From an uncultured Polaribacter sp. (GTDB taxonomy: Bacteria; Bacteroidota; Bacteroidia; Flavobacteriales; Flavobacteriaceae): a stretch of 64,000 nt of DNA. Positions within the stretch are counted from its first letter, which is position 1. Each line of letters starts with the position of its first letter. This document shows positions 57,130 to 64,000 of the stretch, piece after piece. Under the pieces are notes generated by a model. The model did no database searches. It saw nothing but the letters and a program-made list of their open reading frames with translations, and was not told where the DNA came from. Location: contig NZ_CANMFI010000002.1 of NCBI RefSeq assembly GCF_947497125.1, forward strand, positions 162,748 through 226,747, in the 5' to 3' direction. Position numbers and translations under genes: made by a program.

Positions 57130-57267
57130 CTACTTCTTAGTTGTCTTTGTATCTGAATTCATTAATAAGAGAACAGCTGCTACCAAACCGATTACAACCA
57201 ATACAAAAACACCTATCATTACTGTTCCGTTGACCCAAGAAACTAAAGGAAAATTTAAAAATTTCAT
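57130..57267 (-). CDS. possible 45-aa single-TM protein (not in ORF track)
   Basis: My manual translation is MKFLNFPLVSWVNGTVMIGVFVLVVIGLVAAVLLLMNSDTKTTKK. It lies in the 299-nt gap between the TolC C gene and the Crp/Fnr gene. Confidence 0.3.
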   Translation of the reverse strand: MKFLNFPLVSWVNGTVMIGVFVLVVIGLVAAVLLLMNSDTKTTKK

Positions 57268-57334
57268 ACTTTATATAATTAATGTATAAAATTAAGAAGT
57301 TTTACAGTGTTAAATTATGATAAAAATCAGGTTT

Positions 57335-58687
57335 TTAAAATTTTACATTTAAAATATCGCCACTTAACTGCAACAACTGAAGTTCAATTAATTTAGCATC
57401 ATACTTTGCGTTATTAAACGCTGTTTTGGCATTAATTAAATTTACTTGTGCTTGCCTAAATTCTATAGAAGTTACCTGCCCAAGTTTATAACGTTCTTGT
57501 GTTCTATCAAAATTGTTTTGCGTAGTTAACACATTGGTTTCTTGTGCTTTTAATATAAAAAGTTGATTGTTGTAATTTTCCCAAGTATTTTTAAGTGTAT
57601 TCTGAATGGTAACTTTTTGTTGTGCCAACAAAATTTCTTGAGTATCTAATGCAATTTTAGCATTGGCAACTCTTGTTTTTGTGTTTCCGCCATCAAAAAG
57701 ATTCCAAGAAAGTGCAACTCCGGCATTTAAACCATCCGAAGTAATTAAACGTGCACCAAACGGATTTACCAAATTTTCATTTTCTGTTCTATTAAGCGCA
57801 TACGAAGCATTAAAGTTTAAAGCTGGCAAATAATTTGCTTTGCTTATTTTGATGTTAAACTCGCTAATAGCAATGTTTTTTTCATTTTGAAGTAGCGCAG
57901 TATTATTGGCAAATGTTTTTTCTTCTAAATCAGAGAATATCAAAATTTCATCAAAATATACTTGCGTATCTACTACATAATTTACCGATCTATCGACCCC
58001 TAAAATAACATTTAAACCACGTTTAGCAGTGCTTAATTGCTGATTGGCGGCAATTACAGCAATACTATCATTATTAACGTCTACAGAGGCATTTAACAAT
58101 TCTAATTTGGTAGATTGCCCGTATTCATATTGATAAGTAGCGCGTTTTAAACGCTCTTTAGAAATGAGTAAAGCCTGTTGTAAATTATCTTTATTTTCTG
58201 ACAATCTAGCTATCTGAAAATAGGTTGTAAATAATTGTAAATAGGTGTTTTCTATAGTTTCTCTTGCTTGTAATTCAGACAAATTATAGGTTTCTTTCAA
58301 CTGCTTATAATTGTACTTTCTACCTAAGCCATCAAAAATAGTATAATTTACGCCCAAAGCAGCATTATAGTTTTTTGTAATTACTCCGTTACCTACTCTT
58401 TCAGAATCTGCACCTGTATTTGGGTCTGTAAAAACAATTTTTTGGTTGTTTGTTCTATAATCTGCACCAGAAGTAATACTGGCTGATGGAAGGTAACCAG
58501 AATTAAAAATACTGGTATTATTTTTAGCAACTTCTAAATTGTTATTGGCAATTTTTACGCCAAAATTATTTTCTAAAGCAATTGCTAATGCTTGCTGTTT
58601 TGTAAGTATTTCTTGAGAAAATATTCCCAAAGAAAAACTTAATAAAACGAATACAATTGTTTTTTTATGATAGGTCATCTTCATCAT
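57335..58687 (-). CDS. TolC-family outer-membrane efflux protein (operon C)
   Basis: 450 aa with a signal peptide (IVFVLLSFSLGIFSQE) and two TolC repeats. The start (58687, 58684 or 58678) overlaps the end of the pump gene. Confidence 0.85.
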   Translation of the reverse strand: MMKMTYHKKTIVFVLLSFSLGIFSQEILTKQQALAIALENNFGVKIANNNLEVAKNNTSIFNSGYLPSASITSGADYRTNNQKIVFTDPNTGADSERVGNGVITKNYNAALGVNYTIFDGLGRKYNYKQLKETYNLSELQARETIENTYLQLFTTYFQIARLSENKDNLQQALLISKERLKRATYQYEYGQSTKLELLNASVDVNNDSIAVIAANQQLSTAKRGLNVILGVDRSVNYVVDTQVYFDEILIFSDLEEKTFANNTALLQNEKNIAISEFNIKISKANYLPALNFNASYALNRTENENLVNPFGARLITSDGLNAGVALSWNLFDGGNTKTRVANAKIALDTQEILLAQQKVTIQNTLKNTWENYNNQLFILKAQETNVLTTQNNFDRTQERYKLGQVTSIEFRQAQVNLINAKTAFNNAKYDAKLIELQLLQLSGDILNVKF

Positions 58688-61600
58688 ATTTAGATTCTAT
58701 AATAGCTCTTTCTACTTCTTCTTTACTAATTTCATTCCCTGTTTTTAACCACTTAATTTTAACCTTTATGGCATTAGATACAGACAACATCATCGGCAAC
58801 ATTACAAGTGTTAGCACAGTTGCAATTGCAATACCGTAGGCTATAGAAATTGCCATGGGTATTAAAAATTGTGCTTGCCTACTTTTCTCAAAAATTAAAG
58901 GTGCCAAACCTGCAATGGTTGTTAACGAGGTTAAAAATATCGCTCTAAAACGAGATTGCCCTGCTTTTACCAATGCATCATCGAACTTTAAACCTTCTTT
59001 TAAATAACTATTAAATTTCCCTATTAAAACCAAACCGTCATTTACCATAATTCCTATCAAAGCGATAATCCCTAAAAAGGATAAAATACCAATTGAAAAA
59101 TTATGAAAATAATGTCCCCAAATAACCCCAATCATGCTAAATGGTATCATAATAATTAGTAAAATTGGTTGGCTATACGAACGGAATGTAAATGCGATAA
59201 CAATATAGATTAATAGTAAAATAATTGGCCCAACTAAATTTATAGAGTCTGTCGTTTTTTTTGCTTCTCTATTTTGACCCTCATAAATTGGTTTTACCGT
59301 TGGATATTTAGACAGGATTTCTGGCATAATAACCGTTTTAATATTGTCTAAAATATCTGTTTCACTGGCGGTTAAATCTTTTAAATCTGCGGTTATTTGA
59401 ATCTCTCTTTTACCGTCTAAGTGATTAATGGCAATATCACCTCTTTCGATGGTATAAGTTGCAATTTCAGAAAAAGGAATTCTACTTCCGTTGGGTGCAA
59501 CAATACGCATATCATCTAAATCTTTAATAGAAGATCGATCTTGTTTTGTATAACGTACCCAAACTTTAATTTCATCTTGCCCTCGTTGAAAACGTTGTGC
59601 CTGAAAACCGAAGAAACCTGCCCTTACTTGAGTCATTATTGACTGTAAATTTAACCCCAGTAAATATGCATTATCTTTAAGTTTTATACGAACTTCTTTT
59701 ATACCAGCTGGGTCATTATCTGCAACATCTTTTAATAAAGGGTTGTTCTCTAAAACCTGCTTTAACTCTTGTTTTACAGCCTTTAATTCTGAAATATTAT
59801 TACCTAATAAAGACACTGCTACTGGGCTTCCACCAAAATTACCACCTGAGCCAAAAATTAAACTTTCTACTCCGTAAATTTTACCCACTTTCTGCTGAAT
59901 AGTATTGGTAATTTCTGGTGATGAAAAATCTCTTGCTTCCCCTGGTAAAAGGTTTACAGTTAAGGTTGCATTTGCGCTACCTGGGCCCACTCTTTTAATT
60001 ACATTTTCTACTATTGAAATATTACCCGACTGTTTTTTAGAATATTCGGTGTTGGTTATCCAAACTTTCTCTTCGATAGATGAAATGATAGAATCTGTTA
60101 TTTTCTCATTAGTACCTTGCGGCATGTTTAGGGTTATCTGAACTCTATCACTTGCAATTCTTGGGAAAAAAGAACTTTTTATAACACCACCTCTTAAGGC
60201 CGAAACACTTATTAAAAGCGTTGCAACAAATACACAGAAAACAAAAATTTTATTATTAAGAGAGAATTTTAAAAATGGAAGGTAGTAGGTGTCTCTAAAT
60301 TTCCCTAAAAAATGATCTGCTTTTTTATTTATTTTCTTAAAAAAACCATCAATCCCTTTTGGTGTTATTTCTTCTCCGTTTTCTAATTTTTTTCTTTCTA
60401 AAGCTTTCGAATGCGCAATATGTGCTGGTAAAATAACAAGTGCTTCTACCAATGAAACACTTAATGTTAGCAATACTATGGTAGATACTTCACTAAAAAA
60501 ATTACCAATTCTACCATCGACAAAAAAGAAGGTAGAAAAAGCGATTATGGTTGTTAATATTGCCGATACAATTGGCGGAATTACCTCCATAGTTCCGTCT
60601 ATGGCAGCATTAATTTTTGATTTTCCTAAATCGTAATAATGATGGTAAATATTTTCTCCGATTACAATACCATCATCAACCAAAATACCAATAACAATAA
60701 TCATCCCAAAAAGAGACAATACATTAATGGTAACATCAAATTGTGCGGCAAAAATAAACATCCCAAAGAAAGCAACTGGCAACCCAAAAGCTACCCAAAT
60801 TGCCAATCGTAAGTTTAAAAATAATGCCAAGAAAAACAGCACTAATAAAATACCTACAACACCATTTTCTATTAATAATTTTGTTCTTCCATTTAAGGTT
60901 ATTGAGGCATCACTAGAAATGTTTAACTGAACATTTTGTTGTTTTTGATTGTATTCAACAATGTATTCTTTAATTTTATCTGCAGATGAAATTAAATCTT
61001 CATTATTGGTATTACTCACTGTAACATTAATTGCTAAATTACCATTATAATAAAGCCTATCTGGGTTTTCTGACCAAATGTCTTTAACTTCAGCAATGTC
61101 TTTTAATCTTATAATTGCCCCAGAAGCAGTTGTTTTTACAATTACATTTTGCAATTCTACACCGTAATAAGAGCGATTGCTAGCTCTTATTAAATAATCT
61201 TCTTCTATCGTTTTTATATTACCACCTGTAATTAAAATATTAGAGCTACTAACGGCATTTGCCACCTCTGTAAATGAAATATTATACGCTCGTAAATCGT
61301 TTTCTCTAACCGCAATTTCTATTTCTTCTTCTGGAAAACCAGAAATTTCTACTTGAGATATACCGTCGATGCTTCTTAAATCGTTTTCAACACTTCTAGC
61401 ATATTGTTTTAAAGAAGTTAAAGAAATATTATTACCACTTACCGTAAAACTAATCGTAGGTCTTACACTTTCTACTTTTGCAATTACGGCTGGCTCCATA
61501 CCAGATGGAAATGAAGGAACTCTATCGACTGCGTTTTTAACATCAGAAAGCACCACATCGATGTCTTTGCCTTTTTCTACCTCGATATTTACACTTGCAG

Positions 61601-61865
61601 AATTTTCTTTAGATACCGAAGTAACTCTTTCTACTCCAACAATTCCTTTTAAGTTATCTTCAATTTTTAAAACTACTCCTTCTTCCATTTCTGCAGGAGA
61701 TGCTCCCGGATAAACTAAAGAAATTCTTATTAATTCTGAATCTACTAGAGGGAAAAAAGAAGACTTCATGCTTAAAGCTCCTACCAAACCAAATGCTATA
61801 AATGCAACAATCATTACATTAACAGCAACTGGGTATTTTATAAAATAAGTAATTATTTTTTTCAT
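58665..61865 (-). CDS. efflux RND transporter permease (operon C)
   Basis: 1066 aa with AcrB-type topology and the TM4 motif GILVDDGIVIGEN. Confidence 0.9.
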   Translation of the reverse strand: MKKIITYFIKYPVAVNVMIVAFIAFGLVGALSMKSSFFPLVDSELIRISLVYPGASPAEMEEGVVLKIEDNLKGIVGVERVTSVSKENSASVNIEVEKGKDIDVVLSDVKNAVDRVPSFPSGMEPAVIAKVESVRPTISFTVSGNNISLTSLKQYARSVENDLRSIDGISQVEISGFPEEEIEIAVRENDLRAYNISFTEVANAVSSSNILITGGNIKTIEEDYLIRASNRSYYGVELQNVIVKTTASGAIIRLKDIAEVKDIWSENPDRLYYNGNLAINVTVSNTNNEDLISSADKIKEYIVEYNQKQQNVQLNISSDASITLNGRTKLLIENGVVGILLVLFFLALFLNLRLAIWVAFGLPVAFFGMFIFAAQFDVTINVLSLFGMIIVIGILVDDGIVIGENIYHHYYDLGKSKINAAIDGTMEVIPPIVSAILTTIIAFSTFFFVDGRIGNFFSEVSTIVLLTLSVSLVEALVILPAHIAHSKALERKKLENGEEITPKGIDGFFKKINKKADHFLGKFRDTYYLPFLKFSLNNKIFVFCVFVATLLISVSALRGGVIKSSFFPRIASDRVQITLNMPQGTNEKITDSIISSIEEKVWITNTEYSKKQSGNISIVENVIKRVGPGSANATLTVNLLPGEARDFSSPEITNTIQQKVGKIYGVESLIFGSGGNFGGSPVAVSLLGNNISELKAVKQELKQVLENNPLLKDVADNDPAGIKEVRIKLKDNAYLLGLNLQSIMTQVRAGFFGFQAQRFQRGQDEIKVWVRYTKQDRSSIKDLDDMRIVAPNGSRIPFSEIATYTIERGDIAINHLDGKREIQITADLKDLTASETDILDNIKTVIMPEILSKYPTVKPIYEGQNREAKKTTDSINLVGPIILLLIYIVIAFTFRSYSQPILLIIMIPFSMIGVIWGHYFHNFSIGILSFLGIIALIGIMVNDGLVLIGKFNSYLKEGLKFDDALVKAGQSRFRAIFLTSLTTIAGLAPLIFEKSRQAQFLIPMAISIAYGIAIATVLTLVMLPMMLSVSNAIKVKIKWLKTGNEISKEEVERAIIESKYDEDDLS

Positions 61866-61888
61866 TTATGCTGAATTTAGTTCAGTAG

Positions 61889-63004
61889 CTATTTCTTTTC
61901 ATTTATTTTCACAATCATACCATCAAAAGCCCCTGGCAACGTTTGTGTTAAAATTTTTGTGTTATTTTTTAACCCTTTAATAACAACATTCTCTGCCCCT
62001 AAATAAACAGGGTTTACTTTTACAAGTGATAAAATAGTATCGTTTTTAACGGTATAAACAGCACTGTTGTCTATCAATAACCTTCTAGAAATTTCTATCG
62101 ATTCTTTTTCAGATTTTGCAATTAAGTTCGCTTCTAAAAACATGCCTTCTTTTAAATCTTTATGCGCAACATCTATATAAGCTTTAATCGTTTGAGATAC
62201 TTGATCTACTTTACCATTTATACGCGCAACGGTACCAGAATAGGTTTTTGATTTTTGCAAATTTGATAATGACACAGCGTTCCCTACTTTTAATAAGTCA
62301 GCAAATTCTGCATTTACAGAAACTTCCATTTCATAAATACTTGGGTCTATAAATTCTGCTAATTTTTGCCCTACTCTTACCAAAGTTCCTGGACTTACCA
62401 AAACCTCTGTTAAAATACCAGAAAACGGAGCAGAAATGGTATATTTAGAATACCGAACCTCTAAATTTTTTACAGCGTAATAGTTTGTTAAAATTCCACG
62501 ACCCGAAATAAAATATTTCTCTTTATCTGAATTAAAAGCTGGTAATTTTGGTACATTTTTATTGATATTAAAACTCTTTAAATAAGCTTGCCATTTGCTA
62601 AACTCGTTAGGGTAATCTAAACGAATATCTGGCATAATAGCCGTAATTAAATTGTATAAATTACTTTTCTGAGATTGTAAAGTTGCATAATACTCATCGC
62701 TATTTAAGCTAAGTAAAGTTTCGTTTTTAACGTAGCTTGTCCCTTCTTTAAATGCTTTTTTAGAAGTTTTTAAGACACCTTGTACTTCAGAAAAAAGTGC
62801 TATTTTATTTTTTGCAATTAAATTACCACTTGCAGATAAAACGATAGGGATTTCTTTATTTAAAACCTCTTTTACAAACACCGTTTTTATTTGTTTCTTA
62901 AATTGGGGTCTAGATAATTGATTTTTTTCTACTAAAATATTTCCAAAATAAACTGCAGCAACTATTGATAAAACACCTAATAGTGCTAAAATTATTTTTC
63001 TCAT
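61889..63004 (-). CDS. efflux RND periplasmic adaptor (operon C)
   Basis: Start chosen at the ATG at 63004 (MRKIILALLGVLSIVAAVYFG membrane anchor). The MFP barrel-sandwich motif is ISAPFSGILTEVLVSPGTLV. The ORF-track extension to 63091 looks spurious. Confidence 0.85.
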   Translation of the reverse strand: MRKIILALLGVLSIVAAVYFGNILVEKNQLSRPQFKKQIKTVFVKEVLNKEIPIVLSASGNLIAKNKIALFSEVQGVLKTSKKAFKEGTSYVKNETLLSLNSDEYYATLQSQKSNLYNLITAIMPDIRLDYPNEFSKWQAYLKSFNINKNVPKLPAFNSDKEKYFISGRGILTNYYAVKNLEVRYSKYTISAPFSGILTEVLVSPGTLVRVGQKLAEFIDPSIYEMEVSVNAEFADLLKVGNAVSLSNLQKSKTYSGTVARINGKVDQVSQTIKAYIDVAHKDLKEGMFLEANLIAKSEKESIEISRRLLIDNSAVYTVKNDTILSLVKVNPVYLGAENVVIKGLKNNTKILTQTLPGAFDGMIVKINEKK

Positions 63005-63232
63005 AATTAATTGATTTGTAATAATAAAATAAACGACATTATATGCAAAGATACTTTTTAAGAGAAAGCACAAACATAAACCACCCAACATCTTTGTTAA
63101 AGAAACGTTATAATTTGTGCTTTTTTAAAAAAAATGTTAAAAAGGCAAATAATTAACTTAGAAAATAGAACTTTGCATTCCGTAAAAGCATACTAGTAAA
63201 AAAATTAACAATTAATAATTAATACCTTAATA

Positions 63233-64000
63233 TTGAGTTGTAATAAGGAACAAAATAACGCTGTATTTTTTTCTAAAATTGATGAAATCCCATTACATAT
63301 ATGGGCTCAATTAGAATGTACTAACAATCGTTACTTTGATCCTGCTTTTTTAAATGCCTACCAAAAAAATCATCCAAATATTTTATTCTCTTATCTAGTT
63401 TTATTGGATGAAACGGGTAAAGCAAAAGCCTTTTCTACAATTCAAATAATAAATTTTAATATTAATGTTATTAAAAATGATTTTGAAATACTTAAAAAAT
63501 TAGGCAAAAAATTTCATCTTTTAAAAGAAAACAAACCTTTACAACTACTAATTTCTGGCAATACTTTTGTGAGTGGTGAACACGGAGTTTTCATTAAAAA
63601 AGGCTTGAATAAAAAAGTAGTAATTAAAGAAATTGCTAAGGCAATTTTAGCATTTACAAACGCTAATAAGAATTTAAATATTGATGCTTTCTTAATGAAA
63701 GACTTTTTAAATGAATCTTTAATTATTACCGACGAGTTAAAAGACTACAAATACCATCCCTTTTCTGTAGAACCTAATATGGTTTTAAGCATAGACCCTA
63801 ATTGGCAAAATTTTAGCGATTACTTAGCTGCAATGAAAACCAAGTTTAGAGTAAAAGCAAAAAAAGCATTTAAACAAAGTGAAGAATTAAAAATTGAAGA
63901 TATTACCTTACAAAATATCGAAAGTTTGCTACCTAAAATGAAATTGCTCTACAAATCTGTAACTATCAATTCTAGTTTTAATTTAAGTGATTTTAATTTA
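63233..64000 (+). CDS. GNAT/FemAB-like acetyltransferase-fold protein, 3' end outside the window
   Basis: An open frame runs from a TTG at 63233 (in-frame stop at 63206) to the window end. It is not in the ORF track because there is no stop. My manual translation is ...FFSKIDEIPLHIWAQLECTNNRYFDPAFLNAYQKNHP...LISGNTFVSGEHG...FSVEPNMVL...WQNFSDYLAAMKTKFRVKAKKAF, which resembles FemAB/BioF2-like GNAT proteins. The start codon is uncertain. Confidence 0.5.
   Translation, partial: MSCNKEQNNAVFFSKIDEIPLHIWAQLECTNNRYFDPAFLNAYQKNHPNILFSYLVLLDETGKAKAFSTIQIINFNINVIKNDFEILKKLGKKFHLLKENKPLQLLISGNTFVSGEHGVFIKKGLNKKVVIKEIAKAILAFTNANKNLNIDAFLMKDFLNESLIITDELKDYKYHPFSVEPNMVLSIDPNWQNFSDYLAAMKTKFRVKAKKAFKQSEELKIEDITLQNIESLLPKMKLLYKSVTINSSFNLSDFNL

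Noticed and set aside
2819-61713. About 35 short ORFs (60-124 aa) in the supplied track lie antisense or out of frame inside long, well-supported genes. Examples: 2819..3001, 3188..3460, 4088..4369, 5397..5588, 8215..8484, 13972..14268, 14790..15164, 33463..33732, 38048..38392, 38782..39111, 39321..39563, 52872..53162, 59905..60141, 61369..61713.
   Set aside because: Their products are low-complexity or oddly composed (Ile/Phe/Ser/Cys-rich) and carry no recognisable motifs. Each is fully shadowed by a gene with clear family signatures. This is the expected background in AT-rich DNA.
1-64000. A search by eye for tRNA, rRNA, tmRNA, RNase P RNA, riboswitches, integrases, transposases, toxin-antitoxin pairs, restriction-modification genes and known phage-defence genes.
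   Set aside because: - No intergenic gap is long or GC-rich enough for rRNA, tmRNA or RNase P RNA.
- No cloverleaf-like segment was seen.
- No ORF carries recombinase, nuclease-ATPase, methyltransferase-restriction, TIR, SIR2 or cyclase signatures.
- The only nucleosidase-like and exonuclease genes lack partner genes.

A dedicated tool run (tRNAscan-SE, Infernal/Rfam, DefenseFinder/PADLOC) would be needed to make this absence definitive.

Overview
This is an AT-rich chromosomal segment that looks like a Flavobacteriia/Bacteroidota genome. Supporting signs are a T9SS C-terminal sorting-domain protein, an HU-CCDC81/SPOR protein, a DUF4292-like lipoprotein next to an EnvC-like M23 protein, several TolC-adaptor-pump operons, and tight or overlapping gene junctions. 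I support about 62 protein-coding genes, mostly on the minus strand. I saw no rRNA, tRNA, CRISPR array, integrase, transposase or phage genes.

Layout:
- 0-16.4 kb: housekeeping and envelope genes (DMT transporter, DprA, thioesterase, MscS-like channel, ABC-F ATPase, DEDD exonuclease, an OmpR-type two-component pair).
- 16.6-31 kb: purD, then a visibly more AT-rich Wzx/Wzy-type polysaccharide locus (initiating phosphotransferase, five glycosyltransferases, two Wzy_C-like membrane proteins, a flippase, rfbCAB, a Wzz-like protein).
- 31-34.6 kb: a 560-aa nucleosidase-like protein, rnpA and an acyl-CoA dehydrogenase.
- 34.6-41 kb: RND efflux operon A, with two small trailing genes and a 173-nt structured spacer.
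- 41-45.3 kb: a Cys-rich membrane protein, an OprC-like TonB-dependent receptor, and a sulfide:quinone-oxidoreductase-like flavoprotein.
- 45.4-52.5 kb: a TetR-TolC-HlyD-ABC2 exporter operon.
- 52.6-57 kb: a Crp/Fnr regulator followed by a cytochrome c, thioredoxin, TPMT-type methyltransferase and cydAB operon.
- 57.3-63 kb: RND operon C.
- 63.2-64 kb: a 3'-truncated GNAT/FemAB-like gene.

I did not recognise a canonical defence, toxin or mobile system. The most unusual items are:
1. The bd-oxidase operon with non-respiratory passengers.
2. A two-copy, inverted intergenic element sharing a perfect 20-mer (16.5 kb and 38.4 kb), the second copy forming a hairpin-rich spacer inside an RND operon.
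3. An OprC-like receptor carrying a CxxxM...HxM motif, with a Cys-rich partner.
4. A 560-aa protein with an AMP-nucleosidase/PNP-like C-terminal domain.

All functional calls come from motif reading by eye. No database search was run.
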